Shown in pieces: positions 9,949 to 19,310 of a DNA stretch of 64,000 nt. The notes below the pieces were generated by a model. The model searched no databases. It had not been told where the DNA came from and saw only the letters and a program-made list of their open reading frames with translations. Both the position numbers and the translations under genes were made by a program. How positions within the stretch are numbered: position 1 is the stretch's first letter; each line of letters begins with the position of its first letter. Source of the stretch: a candidate division WOR-3 bacterium (lineage in GTDB: Bacteria; Hydrothermota; Hydrothermia; B15-G9; WFZT01); NCBI GenBank assembly GCA_027053075.1, contig JALUEE010000090.1:18135-82134 (forward strand), in the 5' to 3' direction.

Positions 9949-10678
9949 TTTTCAATTCCTCCAGAATCTCAGGCAATATTTCTCCTGCCTTGCCCATAAA
10001 AGAAAAGTCGGCAATTGCCGTAACAGGTGTTTTTTCAATGTTAACTTCGATTATAAGAGCTCCCATTTCTTTTGCCTCGAATGGGAGCTGTGCTGCAGGA
10101 TAGACGACTGCCGACGTGCCTATTACAAAGAAAAATTCGGAATTTCTCGCGATTTCAAAACTCTTTCTGAGTGCATCGGGTGGTAGCATTTCACCAAACC
10201 ATACCACGTCAGGCCTGAGAAGTGCACCGCACTCAGGACACCTGGGAAGCTCACCTTCCCGTATCTCAAAATCAGTGTAAATTTTGCCGCAGCCGGTACA
10301 TCTGGCACGGAGGAGATTCCCGTGGAGCTCTATAACGTTCTTCGAGCCCGCCTTTTGATGGAGATTGTCAACATTCTGAGTGATGGTGTGGAATTCCTCA
10401 AAAATGGATTCAAATTCCTTTAAGGTGTAGTGAGCGGGATTTGGTTCAGTGCTTTTGACGAGTTTGATACGCCAATTGTACCATTCCCATACCAGTTTGG
10501 GGTTTCTCATGAAGGCCTCGGGAGTTGCCAGGTCCTCCGGCCGGTATTTATTCCACAAACCATCTTTCCCGCGGAAAGTTGGGACGCCGCTCTCACTGGA
10601 GACTCCGGCTCCAGTGAGAGCGGCGCCTCTTTTCATTTTACTCAAAATCCTGGCAAGCTCCCTGATTTTTGGGTTCAT
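9935..10678 (-). CDS. cobB: NAD-dependent protein deacylase (sirtuin)
   Basis: TGAGVSSESGVPTFRG, TQNVDNLH, ELHG, two CxxC, GTSAVVYPAA. Confidence 0.95.
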   Translation of the reverse strand: MNPKIRELARILSKMKRGAALTGAGVSSESGVPTFRGKDGLWNKYRPEDLATPEAFMRNPKLVWEWYNWRIKLVKSTEPNPAHYTLKEFESIFEEFHTITQNVDNLHQKAGSKNVIELHGNLLRARCTGCGKIYTDFEIREGELPRCPECGALLRPDVVWFGEMLPPDALRKSFEIARNSEFFFVIGTSAVVYPAAQLPFEAKEMGALIIEVNIEKTPVTAIADFSFMGKAGEILPEILEELKNVKD

Positions 10679-11175
10679 TCCCTGCTCCAGTAGACCCTCA
10701 AAAGTTTTTGGCTATCAGAAAATGAAAATTCAAGCTCGCCCTGATGGGCCTTATGAACCGCCTTGCCAAGCTTTTTGGCAAGGGTTTCAGTAGTGGTCTC
10801 GATAACGAGACCATCATCGGTTTCCTTGATACTCATAATTCTTGCAAGGGGATTGCGTTTCATTTCATATTCGGCCTCATTTTTAATGAGATTCAAAATC
10901 TCTTGCTTGTTCTCTTTAACGTAATCACCAACAAGCTCCACAATCCCCAGAGGGTAATGATCCTCGATTTTTCTGCATGCCGGGCATTTCTTAAAGTTGA
11001 CTTTACTTTTGTCTTTCATGAGCTCTTTGTAATAATCCTCATCCCAGAACCACCTTTTATTGTGGTAAATAAGTTTGCAGGAAGGACAGATTGTCGGGTC
11101 TTTGTACTGGGACTTGTCCATGTATGGATCGTGCAACTTCATGTCGTAGAGTTTATCAATTCTTTTCATCGTCAT
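10675..11175 (-). CDS. BCAM0308-family zinc-ribbon protein
   Basis: HDPY, CPSC...HNKRW, CPACRKIED.YP.G, PLARIM, RVYWSR. Confidence 0.75.
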   Translation of the reverse strand: MTMKRIDKLYDMKLHDPYMDKSQYKDPTICPSCKLIYHNKRWFWDEDYYKELMKDKSKVNFKKCPACRKIEDHYPLGIVELVGDYVKENKQEILNLIKNEAEYEMKRNPLARIMSIKETDDGLVIETTTETLAKKLGKAVHKAHQGELEFSFSDSQKLLRVYWSRE

Positions 11176-11394
11176 TCCTCCATTTTTCTATTCTCGTTTT
11201 TAGTTTAATAACCACTCATACCACTGTCAAGGATAGGGGGGGCGTTTCTATTCTGCACAAGCGGTGTTTATTGTGGGTATTTCTTCATCCTTCGCTTACC
11301 TGGTGAGGGCACAGGATTGGTTATTACTCCTGGAAATCAAAGATATGGTAATCATTTAAACGGGGATTAACGGGTTCTTCACTCGAAAAGATTC

Positions 11395-11670
11395 CATTAT
11401 GTAACCCTTTCTCGCTCCTTTCCCGTAAGAATTTACACGGGGAGAGGAAGTCTTATCTAATACCAAATCAAATTGTTGGGCCTACAACTTTTGCTATAGA
11501 CTGAGTGAATTGCCACATATCAATTCCTGCAAGCACAACCTATGTGCATGGAGCACCGAAGGCACTTTCTTCATAAGTGAACCCTCTACCCGAAATTGGT
11601 AAGAATACTTATCTCCCCCGCGCTTTGCGCGGGGGAAGGCGACGGGTGGGGACATTCCGCTTAAAAACTA
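11395..11670 (+). repeat. Composite dispersed repeat (module A - spacer - module B)
   Basis: gaatttacacggggagaggaag...ctcccccgcgctttgcgcggggg...cattccgcttaaaa; colinear with 42610-42885 including the spacer. Confidence 0.78.
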
Positions 11671-11707
11671 TGTAAACAATGTTCCCCGGTCTCAAGCTCC
11701 AATAAAT

Positions 11708-12715
11708 TTATTTAAGCTTCTCTATTGCCCACTCGATGTGAGGACTCCAGAGATCATTGCCCTTCTCCCAGAGCTTCTTGAGTTTCTCGATATATTCGGG
11801 GTTTCCAGAATTGCCGGCAGCAATTATTACGTTTCTCATAAATCCCTCATACTTCGAACGCCTGACCGGTGTCCCCTGAAATCTTTCTTCAAATTCTTCC
11901 TCACTAAGAGATAAAAGTTCTCCAATTAGCGGAGCAAAAGTTCCCTCTCTTGGTTTGAAATCCTCAATTCTCGTGGCTGGAATTTTCTGGTTATAAGGGC
12001 ATACCTCCTGGCAGATGTCGCATCCGAAGACCCAGTTCCCCATTTTCTCGCGCAATTCCTCCGGGATGACCCCCTTGTACTCAACGGTTAAGTATCCTAT
12101 GCAGAGATTTGCGTTAATGAGGCGGGGCTCCACGATGGCACCTGTAGGGCAGGCATCAATGCATCGTGTACAGTTGTAGCAGAGATCAGGCTGAATCTGC
12201 TCTTCGTCAGTTTCCAGTTTTTCCTTAAGAATGACCTCTGAGAGGAATAGGTACGAGCCAAAATTCTTATTTATGAGCATGGCATTTTTGCCGATCCAGC
12301 CAAAACCGGCCCTGTAGGCGAGTTCCCTTTCAAGTATGGGACCTGTATCAACGTAAATTTTTCCGTGAAGGTCAAGCTCTCGCAAAACGCGTTTAAGCTT
12401 CTTTTTCAGCACCTTGTGATAATCTCTACCCCATGCATATTTTGAAATCAGGGCACGCTCTGGGTTATTCATAAATTTCTTTAGCGAGAATGTGAAATAG
12501 CTCGCTGCAAGAACAATTATGGTGCCGTGCCCATCAAATATTTTTTCAATATTTTGAATGGCATCGAGGTGCCGTGCCATGTATTCCATTTCACCGTGAA
12601 AGTTGGACTCGAGCCACTTCTTGAAAAATTCTGCCGTCATATAATCTCTGGGTCTTAAAAATGAGATTAGGTCAAAACCCTCTTTCCTGGCGAGCTCTTT
12701 AAATTTTTCCTCCAT
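11708..12715 (-). CDS. queG: Epoxyqueuosine reductase
   Basis: YAWGRDYH, VDTGPILER, GWIGKN, CYNCTRCIDACPT, FGCDICQEVCPYN. Confidence 0.95.
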   Translation of the reverse strand: MEEKFKELARKEGFDLISFLRPRDYMTAEFFKKWLESNFHGEMEYMARHLDAIQNIEKIFDGHGTIIVLAASYFTFSLKKFMNNPERALISKYAWGRDYHKVLKKKLKRVLRELDLHGKIYVDTGPILERELAYRAGFGWIGKNAMLINKNFGSYLFLSEVILKEKLETDEEQIQPDLCYNCTRCIDACPTGAIVEPRLINANLCIGYLTVEYKGVIPEELREKMGNWVFGCDICQEVCPYNQKIPATRIEDFKPREGTFAPLIGELLSLSEEEFEERFQGTPVRRSKYEGFMRNVIIAAGNSGNPEYIEKLKKLWEKGNDLWSPHIEWAIEKLK

Positions 12716-12797
12716 CGGTTAAATGATAAACCAATCCATCCGAACACATTCTGGTTGAACATTGACAGATTCTTAAAAGATACAAGAAAATTGAGTG

Positions 12798-13472
12798 ATG
12801 GCAGGAAAACTGTTTGTGGTGGCCACACCTATCGGGAATATTAAAGATATAACACTGCGGGCACTTGAAACCCTTAAGGAGGTTGACCTTATCCTCTGTG
12901 AGGACACGAGAAGAACGAGACCTCTTCTCTCGCATTACGGTATTTCAAATGAGCTTTTATCTTACAACGAGCACAACGAGCGCGAAAGAATACCATACGT
13001 CTTGGAGATGCTCGAACAGGGCCATGATGTAGCACTGGTCTCAGATGCTGGTACTCCCGGAATTTCTGATCCCGGATACCGCCTCGTAAGAGAGGCAAGA
13101 TTGAGAGACTTTGAAGTCGTCTCGATTCCTGGTCCCTCTGCAATTATTGCGGCCCTTTCTATTTCCGGTTTACCCACAGACAGATTCGTTTTTGAAGGCT
13201 TCCTGCCACGTAAGAAATCAAGGCGTTTAAAACGCCTGGAATTTTTGAAAAAGGAGGATCGAACGATTATAATTTATGAGTCGGTTCACCGCATAGAGCG
13301 AACCCTCCATGAGATTTTAGAGATTATGGGTGATAGAGAGGTGGCTCTGTGCAGGGAATTGACGAAAGTACATGAAGAAGTTAAATTTGGAATGCTAAGC
13401 GAAATAATCAAGAAAGGTTTCACGAAAAAAGGTGAGTTTGTGATAGTTTTAAGAGGCTATGATGAGTCTTGA
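12798..13472 (+). CDS. rsmI: 16S rRNA C1402 2'-O-methyltransferase
   Basis: VATPIGNI.DIT.RA, EDTR, VSDAGTPGISDPG, RELTKVHEE. Confidence 0.96.
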   Translation: MAGKLFVVATPIGNIKDITLRALETLKEVDLILCEDTRRTRPLLSHYGISNELLSYNEHNERERIPYVLEMLEQGHDVALVSDAGTPGISDPGYRLVREARLRDFEVVSIPGPSAIIAALSISGLPTDRFVFEGFLPRKKSRRLKRLEFLKKEDRTIIIYESVHRIERTLHEILEIMGDREVALCRELTKVHEEVKFGMLSEIIKKGFTKKGEFVIVLRGYDES

Positions 13473-14043
13473 CGCTCTGAAGAAGAAAGGGAAATCTTCT
13501 TTAAGGCCCTTTGTTAATCTCATGATTGCTCTCAAGGTGTCCCCGGACACTTTGAGTGTGACGGGATTCCTTATAACTCTAATCATCGGTTATTTCTATG
13601 CTCGTGGAGAGCTTGTACTGGGTGGAATTTTTATACTCGTGTCCGGATTGTTTGATGCCATTGATGGAGAGGTGGCAAGGGCAACAGGGAAAAGTTCAAG
13701 AAAAGGGGCACTTCTGGACTCAAGCATAGATAGAGTATCTGAATTCTTTATCTTTGGCGGCCTTTTGTACTATTTTAGGGCTAACACCTATGCGTTTGTC
13801 ATCCTCTACCTTTCACTTGTTTTTTCTATACTCGTGAGTTACATGAGAGCTCGTGGCGAAGGACTTGGGTATTCTGCCCGTTCGGGCTTGATGGATCGGT
13901 CTGGAAGGATGATATATTTATTCTTTGCGTCACTTCTTGGGGAGAGGACGTTTATCTCCCTCATGACTGTATTTATGGTTCTGACATTTGCCACTGTGGT
14001 GGAAAGGTGGTTGATTTTGAGAAAAATTCTTTCTGAAAAATAA
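13459..14043 (+). CDS. CDP-alcohol phosphatidyltransferase, phosphatidylinositol-phosphate synthase type
   Basis: DAIDGEVAR...[10 protein letters not shown] signature and SYMRARGE; directly upstream of ino1. Confidence 0.85.
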   Translation: MMSLDALKKKGKSSLRPFVNLMIALKVSPDTLSVTGFLITLIIGYFYARGELVLGGIFILVSGLFDAIDGEVARATGKSSRKGALLDSSIDRVSEFFIFGGLLYYFRANTYAFVILYLSLVFSILVSYMRARGEGLGYSARSGLMDRSGRMIYLFFASLLGERTFISLMTVFMVLTFATVVERWLILRKILSEK

Positions 14044-14054
14044 GGAGGTTAGAA

Positions 14055-15152
14055 ATGGGAGAAATCAGAGTTGCGATTGTTGGTGTTGGTAATTGCGCAT
14101 CAAGTCTGGTGCAGGGCGTTTACTATTATAGAAATGCCCAGCCCGGTGATTTTATTCCGGGAATTATGCATGTGATTTTCGGTGGGTATCACATCAATGA
14201 CATTAAATTCTGTTGCGCGTTCGACATCAACAAGACAAAGGTAGGAAAGGACCTCTCAGAGGCTATTTTTGCTTACCCCAACAACACATACAAGTTTACA
14301 GATGTTCCCAAAATGGGAGTGAAAGTTTACCGCGGAATGACCCATGACGGAATAGGCAAATATCTTGCTGACATTATCGAGAAGGCACCTGGTCCTACAG
14401 ACGATGTGGCAAAAATCCTCAAAGAAGAAGGTGCTGACGTCGTAGTGAACTTCCTGCCTGTGGGCTCAGAAGAAGCCACAAAATGGTATGTTGAGCAGGC
14501 AATCCAGGCTGGAGCAGCGTTTGTTAATGGAATTCCGGTGTTTATCGCAAGCTCCGAATACTGGAGCAAGAGGTTTGAGGAAGCCGGACTTCCTGTGCTC
14601 GGAGACGATATTAAGTCTCAGGTCGGTGCGACCATTGTCCACAGGACACTGGTACAGCTTTTCCTCGACAGAGGAGTAAAGCTTGAGAGAACCTCTCAGC
14701 TCAATGTAGGTGGAAACACTGACTTCCTCAACATGCTCGAGAGGGAAAGACTTCACTCAAAGAAGATTTCCAAGACTCAGGCTGTAACATCACTCCTACC
14801 CTACGACATTGGTGAGGAGAATGTGTACATTGGCCCATCAGACTATGTGGCATGGCTCAAGGACAGAAAGTGGGCATACATGAGACTTGAAGGTAGGACT
14901 TTCGGAGACGTGCCTCTGAATATCGAGCTCAAGCTTGAGGTCTGGGATTCGCCCAACTCTGCAGGTGTAATGATAGATGCCATCAGAGCTGCAAAGATTG
15001 CAAAGGATAATGGACTTAAGGGTGCAATAATCGAGCCTTCAAGCTACTTCTTCAAGTCGCCACCGAAGCAGTTCCCTGACTACAAGGCACGTGCACTGCT
15101 TGAGGACTGGATAAAGAAGCACACGGAGAAGAAGGAAGAAAAGAAGAAGTAA
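14055..15152 (+). CDS. ino1: myo-inositol-1-phosphate synthase
   Basis: [43 protein letters not shown]. Confidence 0.96.
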   Translation: MGEIRVAIVGVGNCASSLVQGVYYYRNAQPGDFIPGIMHVIFGGYHINDIKFCCAFDINKTKVGKDLSEAIFAYPNNTYKFTDVPKMGVKVYRGMTHDGIGKYLADIIEKAPGPTDDVAKILKEEGADVVVNFLPVGSEEATKWYVEQAIQAGAAFVNGIPVFIASSEYWSKRFEEAGLPVLGDDIKSQVGATIVHRTLVQLFLDRGVKLERTSQLNVGGNTDFLNMLERERLHSKKISKTQAVTSLLPYDIGEENVYIGPSDYVAWLKDRKWAYMRLEGRTFGDVPLNIELKLEVWDSPNSAGVMIDAIRAAKIAKDNGLKGAIIEPSSYFFKSPPKQFPDYKARALLEDWIKKHTEKKEEKKK

Positions 15153-15173
15153 TAATTTGGGAGATCTTTGAAC

Positions 15174-15217
15174 TTAAGTGGGGCGGCACGCTTCGCGTGC
15201 CGCCCCACTTAATTTTT
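15174..15217 (+). terminator. Intrinsic terminator after ino1
   Basis: 18-bp perfect stem ttaagtggggcggcacgc-ttc-gcgtgccgccccacttaa followed by ttttt. Confidence 0.85.
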
Positions 15218-15220
15218 CTC

Positions 15221-15269
15221 AAAAAAATTTTAGCCCCTCTCTCACCGGTAGGTGAGGAGAGGGGGCTAA
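15221..15269 (-). terminator. Intrinsic terminator of the candidate sRNA
   Basis: Minus strand TTAGCCCCCTCTCCTCACC-TACC-GGTGAGAGAGGGGCTAA then AATTTTTTT. Confidence 0.75.
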
Positions 15270-15309
15270 GTCAAACCACCTCCTGCGTCCTTATTCCCCC
15301 TCCATGCAA
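15221..15309 (-). ncRNA. Candidate sigma54-dependent GGA-rich small RNA (~89 nt)
   Basis: Lies between a -24/-12 promoter and a hairpin plus T7 terminator; 5' part UUGCAUGGAGGGGGAAUAAGGACGCAGGAGGUGG has 4 GGA motifs; no sizeable ORF. Confidence 0.65.
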
Positions 15310-15319
15310 TTTTACAAAT

Positions 15320-15335
15320 GGCAATTTTTCTGCCA
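15320..15335 (-). promoter_or_regulatory. sigma54 (RpoN) -24/-12 promoter
   Basis: Minus strand TGGCAGAAAAATTGCC = GG-N10-GC; near-identical to 59894-59909. Confidence 0.78.
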
Positions 15336-15492
15336 CAAGATAAAATTTGGGATGGAGAAATGTATATGCTCCTTCTAATTAAGAGAAGTGTCCTTTCTAA
15401 ACCCGGGCTGCAGGGCAGATAGGAGCAGAAAGATTTATCATAAATTCTTAAAAAGTTCTATTTGATGAACGGGCGGCGTGCTTTTGTCTGAA

Positions 15493-15575
15493 GTCCCATT
15501 TTGAGACTTAACCAGGAGGAAAAGTTCATAAAATGCCCAAAATTCCTGCTAATATATCGAGTCCCAAAATGGGAC
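15493..15575. promoter_or_regulatory. Pair of palindromic putative enhancer-binding-protein sites
   Basis: GTCCCA-TTT-TGAGAC (15493-15507) and GTCCCA-AAA-TGGGAC (15561-15575), upstream of the sigma54 promoter. Confidence 0.6.
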
Positions 15576-15644
15576 ACAAAAACGGAACACTCTAACTCAT
15601 TTTATTTTCTGCGGAAAAACACTCTAAACCACAGGGTGAAAGCT

Positions 15645-16358
15645 CTACAAAATATTTTTGATCTCGCTGAGTCGGGTAATCACCCAATCTGCTTCCGTAT
15701 CCCCTTCCCATTCCGGGTTGAAGAGAATGGCCTTCATGCCCACAGATTTTGCTCCCTTAACATCATACTCTTCGAGGTCGCCCACCATAATCGTTTCCTC
15801 GGGATAAGACTCGAGCCTTTCGAGTGCCCTTCTAAAAATCTCAGGATGGGGTTTCCTTATCCCTTCACCGGCGGACGAAAGGATTTTGTTAAAAAATTTG
15901 TTTAATCCATGCTTTTCCATCAATCTTAAGACAAACCTGTGGCAGGTAGAATTTGATATCAGGCCCAGTCTGTGCCCCTTATTCTTCAGGTATGAAAGCA
16001 CATCCAGCGTGTCTGGAAAGAGTACATATTTCTCAATTTCCGGGGTAAAGAAAGCGTCAACTGCACGTTTCTTTATGGATTCAGGCACATTTTCAATCTG
16101 AAGAATGGATAAAGTTTTATCGAGAACTTCGTCGGCTGTAACCTCCTTTAGGGTCTCGTCAGCCTTCTTGAACGCTTTTAACCTTTCTTTTGTCCATACC
16201 CTGAGAAGATCGTCAAATTCGATGTAAATACCCTCGAGAGAAAAGACCCTATGCATGAGCTCAACGCCCTTTCGATTTACCTCTTCCACATCACCTGTGA
16301 ATTTTACAAGGGTATTCCCCAGATCAAAGATTAAGGTCAAAAAGCCCTCCCTCTTCAA
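15645..16358 (-). CDS. HAD-superfamily hydrolase (start uncertain)
   Basis: FDLGNTL, ISN, KPHPEIF, VGDLEEYDV.GA. Confidence 0.88.
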   Translation of the reverse strand: MKREGFLTLIFDLGNTLVKFTGDVEEVNRKGVELMHRVFSLEGIYIEFDDLLRVWTKERLKAFKKADETLKEVTADEVLDKTLSILQIENVPESIKKRAVDAFFTPEIEKYVLFPDTLDVLSYLKNKGHRLGLISNSTCHRFVLRLMEKHGLNKFFNKILSSAGEGIRKPHPEIFRRALERLESYPEETIMVGDLEEYDVKGAKSVGMKAILFNPEWEGDTEADWVITRLSEIKNIL

Positions 16359-17355
16359 TGATCGCCGTTATAAGTGAAATTGTGGCCTCAACATCGGACT
16401 TTCTCACAATGGAATTTGCACTGTGAATGTATCTTACCGGGACAGAAATGGCGGTGGCGTGGACTCCCTCACGAGAGGTCTGGATGGCTGCTGCATCTGT
16501 GGCTCCAACTCGTTTAACGATGAGCTGATAGGGTATTCCTCTTTTCTCTGCGAGGCTGGAAATGAAATTTACCCAGGCGCGCGAGGCAACAAAGGCCCTA
16601 TCAGAAAGCCTGATTTCAGGTCCTTTCCCAACTTCGGCAAGCTTCCTGTGAAATGGCACGCCAGGGGTGTCAAGGGCAACTGTTCCCTCAAGGGCAACTG
16701 CAAGGTCAGGTTCGATTCCAAATGCCGCTGTTCGAGCTCCCCTTAATCCTGCCTCTTCTTCCGCTGCAGCGAGAAGATAAAGGTCCACAGACCTCTTCGA
16801 AGCCCTCCTTGCTGCCTCGATCATCACGAATACCCCGACTCTGTCATCAAAGGCCTTACCAAGGATCGCCTCTTTCTGCTCAACCGCCTTTGTATCAAAG
16901 GTTACAGAATCACCTATCTTGATGAGCTTCTTAACCGTTTCAGGTTCAAGTCCGGTGTCAACAAACATCTCGTCGAGGTCCGGTAATTTTTTGTCCTCTC
17001 CTTTTCTGACGTGAGGTGGAACTGATCCAAAAACACCGTAAACTGGCTCCTTACCCCAAATCACAACTCTCTCTCCATAAGCATGCTCAGGGGGTATGCC
17101 GCCGACAGGGACAACCCGAATAAATCCGTCCTCGTCAATTTTTGATACCATAAAACCCACTTCGTCCATGTGGGCGTCAAGTAGAAGCTTCGGACCCTCA
17201 CCTTTTATGTGTATAATGAGATTACCGAGGGGATCTGTTTTTACTTCATCCGCCAGGTCTTTGAGTTCGCGGAGCACAATTTCCCTTATCTTACCCTCGT
17301 CACCGGGAATACCCGGGGTATCCGATAATTCAATTAAAAGTTTCCAGTTAGTCAT
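16324..17355 (-). CDS. M42 family aminopeptidase
   Basis: DAHMDEVG, GKAFDDR, EEEAGLRGA, RYIHS. Confidence 0.92.
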   Translation of the reverse strand: MTNWKLLIELSDTPGIPGDEGKIREIVLRELKDLADEVKTDPLGNLIIHIKGEGPKLLLDAHMDEVGFMVSKIDEDGFIRVVPVGGIPPEHAYGERVVIWGKEPVYGVFGSVPPHVRKGEDKKLPDLDEMFVDTGLEPETVKKLIKIGDSVTFDTKAVEQKEAILGKAFDDRVGVFVMIEAARRASKRSVDLYLLAAAEEEAGLRGARTAAFGIEPDLAVALEGTVALDTPGVPFHRKLAEVGKGPEIRLSDRAFVASRAWVNFISSLAEKRGIPYQLIVKRVGATDAAAIQTSREGVHATAISVPVRYIHSANSIVRKSDVEATISLITAIIEEGGLFDLNL

Positions 17356-18139
17356 CTATTTCTTGCCTCCTTTCAGCGATTTCCTTAAGAAAATTTTTAA
17401 GCTCTTCGGGATTCCTGAGGAGGATTTTTAGTTCCATTAAGACGTTTGAGAAATCCTGTAGAGCGTCCTCAACATTTTTTCGGTTGGTTAAAAGTATATC
17501 AAATGCCATGTCAGGATTCTGGGCAGCAAGCCGGGTGGTGGATTTGATGCCTGGACCCCAAAAATCTGCATATTTTGACGAGAGTCTTGTGAGAGCCAGG
17601 GCTATCACATAAGGCATATGACTTGTGTAAGCCATCACAGTGTCGTGTATCTCTGGTTCGATCCAGATGGGAATTGCACCAACATCCCGAACGATGGTTT
17701 CAACAACTTTTTTGTCTTTTCGCCGAAGATTCCCGGAAAGGAAAAATTTCTGATTTTCAAAGAGGTCTGCATTCCAGCTCTCAGGACCCTTTTTCTCTGT
17801 TCCACACAGTGGATGACCTCCCACAAACTTGAGTTTTTTCCGCTTTGCAATTTCCATTATCCTCAGCTTCGTACTTCCAGTGTCCATTATGATCCCGGCA
17901 AAACTTTCTATTGAGTCGAGGATTTTCTCGTTTGCGAGAATAGGAGCCGAAAGTATCAGAAAATCAACACTACCTTTTAGCTCGTCGAGTGTGTCAAACT
18001 GGCCGTCAATCTTTTCCTCAATTGCCTTTTTTATGGCCTTGTCTTTATCGAGGCCAAATACCTGGTACTTCCCGGTTTTTGCAAGAGCAAGAGCCAGTGA
18101 TCCACCTATTTGACCGAGACCCACGATTCCAATTTTCAT
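17348..18139 (-). CDS. tyrA: Prephenate/arogenate dehydrogenase
   Basis: GLGQIGGS, DTGSTK, GGHPLCGTE, HD..MA.TSHMP, TTRLA. Confidence 0.92.
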   Translation of the reverse strand: MKIGIVGLGQIGGSLALALAKTGKYQVFGLDKDKAIKKAIEEKIDGQFDTLDELKGSVDFLILSAPILANEKILDSIESFAGIIMDTGSTKLRIMEIAKRKKLKFVGGHPLCGTEKKGPESWNADLFENQKFFLSGNLRRKDKKVVETIVRDVGAIPIWIEPEIHDTVMAYTSHMPYVIALALTRLSSKYADFWGPGIKSTTRLAAQNPDMAFDILLTNRKNVEDALQDFSNVLMELKILLRNPEELKNFLKEIAERRQEIDD

Positions 18140-18957
18140 CTTTTTTCACCAGGATATGAACCTATTACCTTCACAAAGGTTGCTAACTTCAGGAGTTCTA
18201 TGAGTGCATCTTCGACGTTTTTGTCGGTTACGTGCCCCTCAAAATCGAGGTAAAATACATACTGCCAGGGGGATTTTTTGTCCGGGCGAGACTCGATTTT
18301 TGTGAGATTTATGCCTCTTTTTGCGAAAGCTTCCAGACACTCCAGCAAAGCTCCAGGCTTGTGCCTTGTAGAAAAGACGATGGATGTTTTGTTGTAATCA
18401 GATTTCCCGGGTTCCTCACGCGATAGAATGAAAAATCTCGTGAAATTCCAGGGGAAATCTTCGATGGATTCGTCAAGTATCTTTAGGCCGTAAATCCCAG
18501 CAGCCCTCTTTGAGGCGATACATGCATACTCAGGATTGTTCATCTCTTTTATTTTCCTTGCACTTCCTGCAGTGTCAAACTCTGGAATTGCCTGAAGATT
18601 TTTTCTGCGAATGTAGTTCTGGCACTGAGCTAAGGCCTGTGGGTGAGAGATGACGTATTTAACAGTGGAAAGAGAAGCTGAGTCCACACCAAGAAGAGCA
18701 TGGGATACCCTTAGTGTGACCTCTCCGTAAACGTGCAGAGGCGTCATAAACAGCAGGTCATAAACCTGAGTGACGGAGCCGGCAACAGAGTTTTCAATGG
18801 GTAGAATACCAAAATCTGCTTCTCCGCTTTGAACAAGCTCCACAACCTCTTCGAATGAATAGCAGGGGATCGTTTCAATGTCTTCGCTTTTGAAAAACTT
18901 CAGTGCCGCTTCTTCTGAAAAAGCGCCTTTCTCGCCCTGAAAAGCTACTTTTTTCAT
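18136..18957 (-). CDS. pheA: Prephenate dehydratase with ACT domain
   Basis: QGEKGAFSE, PIENS, SHPQALAQC, NFTRF, INLTKIESRP. Confidence 0.95.
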   Translation of the reverse strand: MKKVAFQGEKGAFSEEAALKFFKSEDIETIPCYSFEEVVELVQSGEADFGILPIENSVAGSVTQVYDLLFMTPLHVYGEVTLRVSHALLGVDSASLSTVKYVISHPQALAQCQNYIRRKNLQAIPEFDTAGSARKIKEMNNPEYACIASKRAAGIYGLKILDESIEDFPWNFTRFFILSREEPGKSDYNKTSIVFSTRHKPGALLECLEAFAKRGINLTKIESRPDKKSPWQYVFYLDFEGHVTDKNVEDALIELLKLATFVKVIGSYPGEKR

Positions 18958-19310
18958 GATAAATCACTCCTCAAGGAGGCAGCGCCCCTCAAATAGACAT
19001 GCTTAATCTCATCCTGTGATTTGTCGGTTTCAAAAAGGAGGAGAATGCGAATAACCCGTTTCATTGCTCCTTCTACCTCCATCTCCTGGGTGTCAAGCAG
19101 TGGAACACGTGTAAGGCCCATCTCTCTTGCCGCCTCTGCCGGAAACGCCTTGTTCAGATCACTTGTTGCCGAAAAAATGATAGCAGAGATATTTTCTCCA
19201 GAAATTTGATTCCGCTCCAGAATCTCTGTCAAAAGCTCTTTTGTGCGGGAGAGAATCTCCTCGCGTTCATTTTTATTGCAGGTTATAGCTCCTCTGACTC
19301 CTCTTACCAT
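18954..19310 (-). CDS. aroH: Chorismate mutase, AroH class
   Basis: VRGVRGAIT, DLNKAFPAEAAR, HVYLRGAASLRSDL. Confidence 0.93.
   Translation of the reverse strand: MVRGVRGAITCNKNEREEILSRTKELLTEILERNQISGENISAIIFSATSDLNKAFPAEAAREMGLTRVPLLDTQEMEVEGAMKRVIRILLLFETDKSQDEIKHVYLRGAASLRSDLS

Noticed and set aside
12740..12753. cgaacacattctg as a LexA-type box or stray MITE end
   Set aside because: Second half-site is poor and there is a single occurrence; cannot be distinguished from chance
15262..15305. Micro-ORFs MEGE* and UUG-ACU-UAG inside the candidate sRNA
   Set aside because: Only 2-4 codons with no supporting evidence; noted within the sRNA finding only
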